Shown in pieces: positions 49,170-58,593 of a DNA stretch of 64,000 bases. The translations under genes and the position numbers were made by a program. The DNA is from Candidatus Micrarchaeota archaeon (lineage in GTDB: Archaea; Micrarchaeota; Micrarchaeia; Anstonellales; JAHKLY01). The notes beneath the pieces are model-generated. The model ran no database searches and was not told where the DNA came from. It saw only the letters and a list, made by a program, of their open reading frames with translations. Location: positions 175,485 through 239,484 of the forward strand of contig JAHKLY010000002.1 of NCBI GenBank assembly GCA_020854825.1. The letters are read 5' to 3'. Numbering within the stretch: the first letter of the stretch is position 1; the number at the start of each line of letters is the position of its first letter.

Positions 49170-51827
49170 ATGATTCCTACAAAAAATGAACTTAGAAAAC
49201 AATTTTCAAAAGACTGGAAAAAACATTACAATTTAAAAGTTTTACATAAATATGGTTTTCAAAGACAACAATGTAAAAAATGCGGAAAAAATTTTTGGTC
49301 AAAACAAAAACAAGACCATTGCGAAGATCCATCTTGTATAGGTTATCAATTTGTGGGAAAGCCAACAGGAAAAAAACATTCATATATAGAAGCATGGAAA
49401 ACAATTGAAAAATATTTTACAAAAAACAAACATAAATCAATTTATACTTATCCTTCAGTAGCAAGATGGAGAGACGATTTATATTTTACAATTGCTTCTA
49501 TCTCTGATTTTCAACCTTATGTAGTAACAGGTGAAGTTAAACCTCCAGGAAATCCGTTAATAATACCCCAAGCATGTATACGATTTGGAGATTTATCAAA
49601 CGTAGGAGTAACAGGAAGACATATGACTTCTTTTACAATGATTGGTCAGCATGCATTTAATACAGATAAATTATTTTACTGGAAAGATGAAGCTTTAGAA
49701 CACGATATAAAACTGCTTAAAGAATTTGGAATTAAAGAAGAAGAAATTTCCTTTATAGAAGATGTTTGGATGGGAGGAGGAAATTTTGGACCTTGCATTG
49801 AATATTTTGTTAAAGGAATGGAAATTGGAAATTGTGTTTTTATGCAATATCAATTCTTACCAAATGGAGAATCTAAAGAACTAAAAACAAAAGTTATAGA
49901 TATGGGTGCAGGATTAGAAAGATTTGCATGGATAACACAAGGAACAGCTACAATTTATGAACCAACATATGAATTTGTTTTAGATAATATACTAAAAAAT
50001 GCAGGATTAAAAATTGATAAAAAATTAACAACTGCATTTTGGTCAAAAGCAGGCGGATTAGATATTGAAGAAGGAAAAATATCCCAAGAAAAAACAAAAA
50101 TAGCACAAGAATTAGGAATGAGTGAAAAAGAATTATTCAATCAAATAAAACCTTTACAATCTGCCTTTGCATGCACTGACCATCTAAAAACAATTTTATT
50201 TGCATCAACAGATGGTATGCTCCCAAGTAACGGCGGGGGGGGATATAACCTAAGAATGATTTTAAGAAGAACTTTTGGATTTAATGAAGAATTTAATTTA
50301 AATTTAGATTATGATAGAATATTTGAAGACCATGCTAAATTATTAAAACCACTATATCCACATTATTCTGAAGGAGTAATAACAGCACAAGAAGTTGTAA
50401 AAGAAGAATTAAAAAAATATAAAAACACAAAGGAAAAAGCACAAGGTAAATTAATAAATGTTATTTCAAAAGCTAAAAAACAAGGAGGGTTGCAATTAAG
50501 TGAATTAATTACATTATACGAAAGTGATGGAATACCCGTAGAATTAATACAAGAAATAGCAAAAAATAATAACTTAGATCTGGCCATTCCAGATAATTTT
50601 TATGACTATATAAAAAAGAAAGATGAAGAAATAGAAGAAAAATCCCAATATTGTGTAGATAATTTTTGTCAGACAAAATCAGAATATTATAACAAAACCG
50701 AATGTACTTCAAAAGTAATCGGAATATTAAATGATTATATTATAACAGATAAGTCCTGTTTTTATCCAGAAAGTGGGGGGCAAGTAGGTGATATCGGCAC
50801 AATAAACAATGAAGAAATATTAGAAACAATAAAACAAAAAGGAGTTATATTACACAAAGTTAAAAACCCAAATAAATTCAAAAAAGGAGATAAAGTTAAA
50901 TTAAAAATAAATGAAATAAGAAGAAAACAAATTTCAATGCATCACACAGGAGCACATTTGCTTAATGCTGCTACAAGAAATATTTTAGGAAGACATGTTT
51001 GGCAGGCAGGCTCATATAAAAATGAATATAAAGGACAATTAGATTTAACACATTATAAAAGAATTACACAAGAAGAATTAGATAAAATTGAATTAAAAGT
51101 AAATGAATATATAAGACAAAATTTACTAATAAAAACTGAAGAATTAGAAAGGAACAAAGCAGAAGAACAATATGGAATGAGAATATATCAAGGAGGTGCT
51201 GTTCCTGGAAGTAAATTAAGAATTGTGTCTATAGGAGATATAGATCATGAAGCATGCGGAGGAACACATTCAACATTCAAACAAACAGGTGAATTTGGAG
51301 TATTTAAAATAATAAAAAGAGAAGGAGTAAAAGATGGAATAGAAAGAATTTCATTTAAATGTGGAGATTCAGCAATAAAATATATCCAAGAAAAAGAAGA
51401 CTTAATAAGAAAAACTGCAGAAATAATTTCTGTACCTGAAGATAAGTTAAAATTAAGTATTGAAAACTTATTTGAAGATTGGAAACAAAGAGGAAAAGTA
51501 TTAATTTCGTTAAGACAAGAATTTGCAAAAAGAGAAGTTGATAGACTTGAAAAAATTCATGAACAAAAGAAAAAAATTATAATTAGGTCAATAAATGCAA
51601 ATATTGAAACTTTAAAAGAGATTGGCGCTGAAATAACAAACAGAGATAGTGAAATGGCAGTTATTTTAGTAAATAAAACAAATAACATAGTTTGCGCAGT
51701 AGGCAAAAAATCAAAACAAAGCGCTAAAGACATTTTAGGAAACACATGTAAACAATACGGAGGTTCTGGAGGTGGAAGTATAAAAATAGCCTTCGGAAAA
51801 ACAACAAAAATCATAAAAAAGGATTAA
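49170..51827 (+). CDS. alaS: Alanyl-tRNA synthetase, archaeal type
   Basis: N-terminal Zn motif, ARWRDD.YFTIASI.DFQP, HTGAH, ACGGTH, GGSGGG. Confidence 0.96.
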   Translation: MIPTKNELRKQFSKDWKKHYNLKVLHKYGFQRQQCKKCGKNFWSKQKQDHCEDPSCIGYQFVGKPTGKKHSYIEAWKTIEKYFTKNKHKSIYTYPSVARWRDDLYFTIASISDFQPYVVTGEVKPPGNPLIIPQACIRFGDLSNVGVTGRHMTSFTMIGQHAFNTDKLFYWKDEALEHDIKLLKEFGIKEEEISFIEDVWMGGGNFGPCIEYFVKGMEIGNCVFMQYQFLPNGESKELKTKVIDMGAGLERFAWITQGTATIYEPTYEFVLDNILKNAGLKIDKKLTTAFWSKAGGLDIEEGKISQEKTKIAQELGMSEKELFNQIKPLQSAFACTDHLKTILFASTDGMLPSNGGGGYNLRMILRRTFGFNEEFNLNLDYDRIFEDHAKLLKPLYPHYSEGVITAQEVVKEELKKYKNTKEKAQGKLINVISKAKKQGGLQLSELITLYESDGIPVELIQEIAKNNNLDLAIPDNFYDYIKKKDEEIEEKSQYCVDNFCQTKSEYYNKTECTSKVIGILNDYIITDKSCFYPESGGQVGDIGTINNEEILETIKQKGVILHKVKNPNKFKKGDKVKLKINEIRRKQISMHHTGAHLLNAATRNILGRHVWQAGSYKNEYKGQLDLTHYKRITQEELDKIELKVNEYIRQNLLIKTEELERNKAEEQYGMRIYQGGAVPGSKLRIVSIGDIDHEACGGTHSTFKQTGEFGVFKIIKREGVKDGIERISFKCGDSAIKYIQEKEDLIRKTAEIISVPEDKLKLSIENLFEDWKQRGKVLISLRQEFAKREVDRLEKIHEQKKKIIIRSINANIETLKEIGAEITNRDSEMAVILVNKTNNIVCAVGKKSKQSAKDILGNTCKQYGGSGGGSIKIAFGKTTKIIKKD

Positions 51828-52567
51828 AAATTAATAAATACAAATCTAACTTCTGATGAGGGGGGTCTATCAGTATAAATTGCATCTGCATCTGAAAACA
51901 TACCTCTTTGAATCCAAGTTATCATTTTTCGTGGAGATCTAATAAAAACACGTTTTTTCCCAGGAAATATTTTTGATCCATTGTTATGTCCTAATGGACA
52001 ATATACTCTTTTATCTACTCTTTCATATGTATTTTCTATAGGTATAACAAATGAAACTATGCCTTTTGGATCACATATAATTTCAAAAATATTATTTTCA
52101 CATTTTAAAACCGAATAATAACGAGGATGACAAAATACTGCTGTATCTGGTGTGTTTAAACAAGATTTAGGTACTCTTAACATATATTTAACATTAGTAA
52201 ACTCATCTGTGTATTCAAAATATTCGGACAATTTTTTTCCTTTATCAGGATAGGCTATCAAAGTTCCAGTCCCAACAGTACAAGGATTTCCAAATACTTT
52301 TTGTAATTCAATATTAGGAGTACCCCACGCTGTTATTAGATGACTATCAAAAATAGGATTAGGGGGATTTTGTAATTTTAAGTCTTGAGCTATCAATACC
52401 CCTTCTATTTGGGGTCCTTTAGGTCTATCATTCATAATCTGGAACGTCTCCCGTTTTCCATCTCGTGTTATTGCGCTTTCACTAATTATTTCTCCATATT
52501 TTGGATGATATACTCTAGAAACCATATTATTCATATTAATCTTAATGTTGTCTGAGTTTATAAACAT
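51824..52567 (-). CDS. Hypothetical protein, DPANN-type family (possible C-type lectin-like fold)
   Basis: TGTLIAYP..GKKL...EYTD....Y...VP pattern recalled from Micrarchaeota paralogue families. Start uncertain. Confidence 0.55.
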   Translation of the reverse strand: MFINSDNIKINMNNMVSRVYHPKYGEIISESAITRDGKRETFQIMNDRPKGPQIEGVLIAQDLKLQNPPNPIFDSHLITAWGTPNIELQKVFGNPCTVGTGTLIAYPDKGKKLSEYFEYTDEFTNVKYMLRVPKSCLNTPDTAVFCHPRYYSVLKCENNIFEIICDPKGIVSFVIPIENTYERVDKRVYCPLGHNNGSKIFPGKKRVFIRSPRKMITWIQRGMFSDADAIYTDRPPSSEVRFVFINF

Positions 52568-52578
52568 TGTTAATCGGT

Positions 52579-53091
52579 TTAATAATTAAGAACATACATT
52601 CCAAGATATGCAAGGAGTATAAAACGAAATGTTTTACCTAAAATCGCAGCTATTAAAAATTTCCATATATTCATATGCATTGCTCCTGCTGTTATCCCTA
52701 TAATATCAAAAACTGGGTTTGGTAAAAATGAAAATACAAATACTGCTAAACACCCGTATTTATTGACATACTCTGAATATTGTTTTGCCTTTTTTTCTTT
52801 ATTTAGTAAATGTGTTCCTCCTTTTCCTAAATAATATCCTGTTAATTCACCTATCCCACCCCCTAATCCTGCCATTATACCTAAAATAATTGGATTATAA
52901 CTTTTAGACATAATAAAAACAACTGCCCAAGAAGGAATAGGAAAAATAATCGTTGCACTCCCTATTAAAGAAATTACAAATGCACCCATATAACCAAATG
53001 ATTCAAAAAACGGGAGGTATTCAATTAATAAAAAAGCAATAATAGAAATTAAAATAACCAATCCAATGCTTAAAATGGGTTTCTTATCCAA
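52579..53091 (-). CDS. DedA/VTT-family membrane protein
   Basis: GELTGYYLG, LPNPVFDIIGITAG, GKTFR. Confidence 0.88.
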   Translation of the reverse strand: MDKKPILSIGLVILISIIAFLLIEYLPFFESFGYMGAFVISLIGSATIIFPIPSWAVVFIMSKSYNPIILGIMAGLGGGIGELTGYYLGKGGTHLLNKEKKAKQYSEYVNKYGCLAVFVFSFLPNPVFDIIGITAGAMHMNIWKFLIAAILGKTFRFILLAYLGMYVLNY

Positions 53092-53100
53092 ACTCTTCCC

Positions 53101-53682
53101 TCATCTAAATAAACATCCACATTTATTGCACTTTTCAGCATTAGAAGGATTTGTTGCACCACATTCTGGACAAATGCGTGATTTTTCTTTATCTTCGAGT
53201 GTCTCTTGTTTACCAAATTCTCTTGGTCTTGGTTTAGCATCTTGTAAACCAAAAGATTTTCCTTCATTATCATAAACAACTAATTTTTCACGTTTTAATT
53301 TTTCAATAATTAAAGAGATAATTATCATAAATTCCTCTAAATCAACTTCATGTTGAATGGATGTTTTATAAGATTTCTCTAATAAATTAACTAAACTTCT
53401 TAAAAAAGCAGCATCTAATTCTACTCCTTTTTCCTCTTTTTTTGAAGCATCTTTTAATTTTTCACTTAAGATTAATTGAGTCATAGATAATTCTTTATGT
53501 ATTTTTCTAAGTTCCTTAGATTCTTCTTTAATTTTTATCTGAAATTCAATAGCTAGATTTGCTATCGTCCCCCATGATAATTCAGCCAAATTTTCTTTAA
53601 ATCCAGGGGGTAACTTATCTTTATATTTATGAATCAATTCTTGAGTATCAATATCTTCCTTATATCCGACTGTTTGTTTCAT
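53101..53682 (-). CDS. Hypothetical protein with C-terminal zinc ribbon
   Basis: CPECGATNPSNAEKCNKCG. Confidence 0.7.
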   Translation of the reverse strand: MKQTVGYKEDIDTQELIHKYKDKLPPGFKENLAELSWGTIANLAIEFQIKIKEESKELRKIHKELSMTQLILSEKLKDASKKEEKGVELDAAFLRSLVNLLEKSYKTSIQHEVDLEEFMIIISLIIEKLKREKLVVYDNEGKSFGLQDAKPRPREFGKQETLEDKEKSRICPECGATNPSNAEKCNKCGCLFR

Positions 53683-53717
53683 ATCTTCATATTCAACATA
53701 GACATTTATATATGTTT

Positions 53718-55046
53718 TTATCTCTTCTTACTTTTATGTTTTGAAATTACTTTTTGGATTTTCTCTGCCTTAAAATCTTTTTTAACAAAAAGATATGATA
53801 AAATATATCCTAATATAACAACTCCTGCACCAAATAGAAGTATTGAACCTTCCATTTGAAGTATCAATACAAAACAGGATATTGCGCCCAAGAATGATAA
53901 AACTGGAAACTTTCCAATATTAATAGGAGTTTTGAACTTTCTTTTAAGTTTAATATTCTTATATCTTAAAACAATTGCAGATATATTTATAACAAAAAAG
54001 GTTGATAAAATTGTTACATTTGTCATATTTGCAACTGTTCCTATGTTTCCAATTGTAACAAAAATAATAGATGCTAACAACAATAAAATTATTGCAACCC
54101 AAGGTGTTTGTCTAACACTATGTAATTTTCCGACTATTTTTGGTAATACATTTCCTCTTGCCATCCCATACATCATTCTAGAACCTGCTAATAAAATTAA
54201 TAAAACTGTATTTGCTGTTGCAAATAATGCAATAGCACCTAATAACATAAAAGCATTATTCCCTAAAGAAACAGAAGCTACTTCAGCTAATGGTGCACTA
54301 GATTGAGATAATGCTTCCCACCCCATCACACTCACAGATGCAATTCCTACTAAAATGTATAATACTGTTGAAATTATTATTGACATAACAATAGCATTGG
54401 GTACAGAATGTGTTGGATTTTTTACTTCCTCTGCCATATTGGCCATATCTTCAAAACCGATATATGCAAAAAATACTAAAGCTCCTGCTGCTAATACGCC
54501 AGCAAAACCTAATTCTGGTGGAAGTTCAAAATAATCCACAGAACCAAAATATGGAATTCCTAAAAATATTATAATTATTAATCCTATAATCTCAATAATT
54601 GCACAGATTATGGCAAACCATGCTGATTCTTTTATTCCATAAAAAAGTATAAATGATAAAAATATCAATGCTCCGATTGCAGTTAAAATTATGGGCGTAT
54701 TAAAAAAAGCACTAAAATATCCAGCAAAACCCAATGAAACTGCTGCTGCAGAGATAATTGGAGTTACTAATAACAGCCAACCTATTATAAATGCTAATCG
54801 TTTGTTAAATGCTTTTTCAGTAAAAACAAATTCTGCTCCTGCTTTTGGAAATAAAGATGCTAACTCTGCATAACTTAAACCAGTTAAAGACGCGACTACT
54901 GCTGCAACAATAAATGACAACCAAACCATATTTCCAGATAATCCTGCTGCTTCACCAATAAGTACATAAATCCCTGCACCTAATATGATACCTACTCCTA
55001 CTAATGTTAATTCCCAAAAACTTAATGCTCTTTTTAATGTTACCAT
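53718..55046 (-). CDS. APC-family amino acid permease (copy 2)
   Basis: GIILGAGIY, SYAELAS, FFAYIGFE, EEVKNP, about 12 TM helices. Confidence 0.93.
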   Translation of the reverse strand: MVTLKRALSFWELTLVGVGIILGAGIYVLIGEAAGLSGNMVWLSFIVAAVVASLTGLSYAELASLFPKAGAEFVFTEKAFNKRLAFIIGWLLLVTPIISAAAVSLGFAGYFSAFFNTPIILTAIGALIFLSFILFYGIKESAWFAIICAIIEIIGLIIIIFLGIPYFGSVDYFELPPELGFAGVLAAGALVFFAYIGFEDMANMAEEVKNPTHSVPNAIVMSIIISTVLYILVGIASVSVMGWEALSQSSAPLAEVASVSLGNNAFMLLGAIALFATANTVLLILLAGSRMMYGMARGNVLPKIVGKLHSVRQTPWVAIILLLLASIIFVTIGNIGTVANMTNVTILSTFFVINISAIVLRYKNIKLKRKFKTPINIGKFPVLSFLGAISCFVLILQMEGSILLFGAGVVILGYILSYLFVKKDFKAEKIQKVISKHKSKKR

Positions 55047-55079
55047 AAAAATATAATAAACCTAAATTTTAAAAAGGTA

Positions 55080-56432
55080 TTATTTTTTTTTCTTACGCTT
55101 TTTATATACTTTTTTATGGTTTCTAGTATGTATTTTTTCTTGAATCACAACTGGTTTTATATTATCTTTAACAAAAATGTAAGATAATAAAAATCCTATT
55201 ATAATTATACTAGAACCAAAAAGTATTACTTCAAATTCCATTTGAATAATTAATAATACACAAGTTAAAGCTCCAAAAAAAGGTATTATGGGAAACTTAC
55301 CTATACTTAAAGGAATTTTAAAATTACGATGAATACCTGGTAATTTGTACCTTAAAATTATTGCAGAACAATTGACAATAAAGAAAGAAGCTAAAATAGC
55401 AATATTTGTCATATTTGCAACTATTCCTATTTTTCCAATCAAAACAAAAATTGAAGAACATATCAATAAAATTATAATTGCAACCCAAGGGGTTTTCCAC
55501 TTTGGATGTAATTTTGCTAATACAATAGGTAGTCCATTTCCTTCAGCCATTCCATAAGTTAATCTTGAAGCTGCTAATAAAATTAATAAAATAGTACTTG
55601 TAGTTGCAAAAAGAGCAACAAAACCTAATATCAAAAACGCATTACTTCCTAATGATTCTGCTGCAACATCTGCTAATGGTGCACTAGATTGAGATAATGC
55701 TTCCCACCCCATCACACTTACCGAAGATATTGCTACAAGAATATACAATACTGTAGAAATTACAATTGCAATTATTGTAGCTTCTGGAACAACAACTTTA
55801 GGATTTTTTGTTTCTTCTCCCATATTAATCATAGTATCAAAACCGATGTATGCAAAAAATACTAAAGAAGCAGCTGACAAAACTCCAGCAAATCCCAATT
55901 CAGGAACCATTTCAAAATAATTAATAGAATCAAAGTAGGGAATTCCAAATACAATAACTCCTAAAAGTCCTAATATTGTTATAATAGCACAAATTATTGC
56001 AAATCTCGCAGAGGTTTTTATTCCTAATATTTGAATAATTGATAAAACTATCAATGCTCCGATTGCAGTTAAAATTATAGGTGTATTAAAAAAAGCACTA
56101 AAATATCCAGCAAAACCTAATGCAACTGCTGATGCAGAAACAATACATGCAGTTATCAACAGCCAACCTATTATAAATGCTAATCGTTTGTTAAATGCTT
56201 TTTCAGTAAAAACAAATTCTGCTCCTGCTTTTGGGAATAAAGATGCTAACTCTGCATAACTTAAACCAGTTAAAGCTGCTACTACTCCTGCAATTATGAA
56301 TGACATCCATATCATATTTCCAGATAATCCTGCTGCTTCACCAATAAGTACATAAATCCCTGCACCTAATATGATACCTATTCCTGTTAATGTTAATTCC
56401 CATAATGTTAATTCACGTTTTAATTTTACCAT
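55080..56432 (-). CDS. APC-family amino acid permease (copy 1)
   Basis: Same motifs (FFAYIGFD, EETKNP). Tandem paralogue. Confidence 0.93.
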   Translation of the reverse strand: MVKLKRELTLWELTLTGIGIILGAGIYVLIGEAAGLSGNMIWMSFIIAGVVAALTGLSYAELASLFPKAGAEFVFTEKAFNKRLAFIIGWLLITACIVSASAVALGFAGYFSAFFNTPIILTAIGALIVLSIIQILGIKTSARFAIICAIITILGLLGVIVFGIPYFDSINYFEMVPELGFAGVLSAASLVFFAYIGFDTMINMGEETKNPKVVVPEATIIAIVISTVLYILVAISSVSVMGWEALSQSSAPLADVAAESLGSNAFLILGFVALFATTSTILLILLAASRLTYGMAEGNGLPIVLAKLHPKWKTPWVAIIILLICSSIFVLIGKIGIVANMTNIAILASFFIVNCSAIILRYKLPGIHRNFKIPLSIGKFPIIPFFGALTCVLLIIQMEFEVILFGSSIIIIGFLLSYIFVKDNIKPVVIQEKIHTRNHKKVYKKRKKKK

Positions 56433-56499
56433 CCTTATTTTTAAAATACTAAGATTTAAAAATGATGTGTTTTAATATTTCATAAAGGAGGATGATATT

Positions 56500-57189
56500 A
56501 TGAAAAAAATATTAGCTATGTTTGCTTTAGTTGCAGTACTATTATTTTTTATGGGGTGCACTGAAACAACAAAGAACACAGAAATTGCTCCAACAAATGG
56601 AGAAACACAAGAATCTACAACAGAATCTGTTGAAAAACCTTCCACAGACTCTAATTTATTCAAAGGATTTATAGATTGGGAACCTGGGATGTGGGTAGAA
56701 TGGAAATCTGACGATATGATTACAAAAATGGCAATTGTAGAAAAAAGTGAAGGAATTTTAAAATTCCAAAGTGAAACTGAAATAGAAGGTATGTCTTCAA
56801 TTTCACAAATATGGTACGATGAAAATACAATGGAATTAATAAAATATATTACAAAAACTGAAGGAATGGTAATATGTTTTGACGGACAAACAACTGAAGA
56901 ATCTGTAAAATTAGAGACAGATGAAGCATATTCTGGACAAGTACCAAATATGGGATATGGAACATATACAACTCCAACTGGTAAAACAGTAAATGTTGCT
57001 AAATTTACAACAACAGATGGGGAATATTGGGTTTCAGATGAAGTTCCATTTGGAATGGTTAAAATATCATTTGGAGATATAGATCAAATGCTATTAAATG
57101 ACTTTGGAACAATAGGTGCAGTAAATAAAATAACAAGCGAAGATATTGCAAACTGCCAAGATTTAGGTTCAATGTTCCCAACACAATAA
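56500..57189 (+). CDS. Hypothetical lipoprotein
   Basis: FMGC lipobox, GMWVEW and WVSDEVPFGMVK motifs, GGAGG RBS. Confidence 0.75.
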   Translation: MKKILAMFALVAVLLFFMGCTETTKNTEIAPTNGETQESTTESVEKPSTDSNLFKGFIDWEPGMWVEWKSDDMITKMAIVEKSEGILKFQSETEIEGMSSISQIWYDENTMELIKYITKTEGMVICFDGQTTEESVKLETDEAYSGQVPNMGYGTYTTPTGKTVNVAKFTTTDGEYWVSDEVPFGMVKISFGDIDQMLLNDFGTIGAVNKITSEDIANCQDLGSMFPTQ

Positions 57190-57239
57190 CTTTCTTCTTT
57201 TTTTTATTTTTTTAAAATTAGATATATATTAAAAATAAA

Positions 57240-57418
57240 TGGGCCCGGTGAGATTTATTCAACTTATTTTCTCTTTTTAATGAAGGTTTTTCTCTTTTTC
57301 AAAAGAGAAAAAAGTTCTTGAACACACGGCCTCTCGATTATCAGTCGAGCGCTCCAACCATTTTAGGCTATTATTTAAAATATTTATTAAATAATACAGC
57401 TGACTAAGCTACGGGCCC
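57240..57418 (-). tRNA. tRNA-Ile(GAT) with introns at 17/17a (57361-57401, 41 nt) and 58/59 (57255-57317, 63 nt)
   Basis: GGGCCCG/CGGGCCC, CTCGA-CT-GAT-AA-TCGAG. BHB helices TTAG/CTAA and GTTC/GAAT. One T-T mismatch in the T stem. Confidence 0.92.
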
Positions 57419-57470
57419 TTTAAATTAGAAAATATTGAGTACAGAAGAGTATAAAAAGTTTTTGTTTTTT

Positions 57471-58397
57471 TTAATTTTCTAATTGCTCTGAAATTTTTGT
57501 TAAATCTGTTTGTTTTAATCTAGTTACCTCTATTTTTGTAACTTTAGAAGCATCTTCCCCTTGAATAAGCTTTTCTCTTTTTGCTAAACAAGTTAAATAC
57601 TCTCTTTGTAATTCAATAAATCTATTCTCCTCTTCTGGATCAAAGGTTTTAACTTGTTTTTTTGCAGTCATTGCCTGGATTTCTCTTGTAACTTCAATTA
57701 ATTTATCTTCATTATGATCAAATTGATTTATTAATAAATGTGAAACCCACACAGATTTATTTTTTACTGCTCGCTTCTCTTCTGGATTCCAATTAATAAC
57801 TCTTTCTCCTTTATATTCCCCAGTAACCAATCTATTGTTTTTAATACAACATTTAAATCCTAACCTATTAAGAACTTGAATTAAGTTTTTTTGTTTTCCT
57901 AAAGATAAATGAGATAAATCTACTGCCCAATCACTAGGAGTTGAAAATGTTTCTATTGCTTCTTTTATTTCCTCAGCATCACTTTGGGGCATTGAATTAA
58001 GTATCAAAACAAGATCTGCTATTTCTTCTCTTTGTTCATAATTTTCTTTTGTTAATTTTCCTCTTTTTTTCATTTTTTCATAAAGTGTCCCCTGTTTAGA
58101 CCTTGCAGCTTCCATCATTTCTCCAAGAGTATGAGAATTAATAGAATCATTTAATTCATCGATTACGTTTCTGTGAATCATTACTGTTAATATTCCTGCA
58201 GATTTAATTTTAGTTTCTAAAGGTATTAAATTAACTTTAGTTTCATCAATGAAACCATTAATTGCTTGAATATGAACATCTTTATGTTCTGCTCCATTTT
58301 GTAATAAATAATCTCTTTTAAATACTAACTCCCCCATTCTTCTTGAGAGAGAACTGTAATTTACCAAATCTGTATGTGTAATTGTCATTTCTACCAA
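57471..58397 (-). CDS. Hypothetical coiled-coil protein
   Basis: 308-aa ORF, TTG start after GGTGA RBS, no motif recognised. Confidence 0.7.
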   Translation of the reverse strand: MVEMTITHTDLVNYSSLSRRMGELVFKRDYLLQNGAEHKDVHIQAINGFIDETKVNLIPLETKIKSAGILTVMIHRNVIDELNDSINSHTLGEMMEAARSKQGTLYEKMKKRGKLTKENYEQREEIADLVLILNSMPQSDAEEIKEAIETFSTPSDWAVDLSHLSLGKQKNLIQVLNRLGFKCCIKNNRLVTGEYKGERVINWNPEEKRAVKNKSVWVSHLLINQFDHNEDKLIEVTREIQAMTAKKQVKTFDPEEENRFIELQREYLTCLAKREKLIQGEDASKVTKIEVTRLKQTDLTKISEQLEN

Positions 58398-58402
58398 TTA
58401 AA

Positions 58403-58585
58403 TCACCATTCCCTTTTGTAAATATAAAGGGGAAAAAGGCAGAACACAAAAAGAGAATAGTGTGTTGGTGTTGTGGGAGGTGAAAACTGCCTTTTATTTC
58501 CCCCTGCTCTTTTTTGCCACACGGCAAAAATAAAATTTGGAGAAAAATCTCCATTGTGGGTCGCCTTGCCAGCGTGTATAGCAAG
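58403..58585 (-). ncRNA. Candidate structured leader RNA with anti-SD pseudoknot
   Basis: GC-enriched intergenic region with five stems. UCACCUCCC in a loop is complementary to the downstream GGGA-AU-GGUGA RBS. Confidence 0.5.
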
Positions 58586-58593
58586 TATAATAT

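Noticed and set aside
58318-58584. 88-aa minus-strand ORF, and a plus-strand CTG-start ORF after GGAGGTGA at 58476
   Set aside because: No ATG with proper RBS spacing and atypical composition. The region is better explained as structured RNA.
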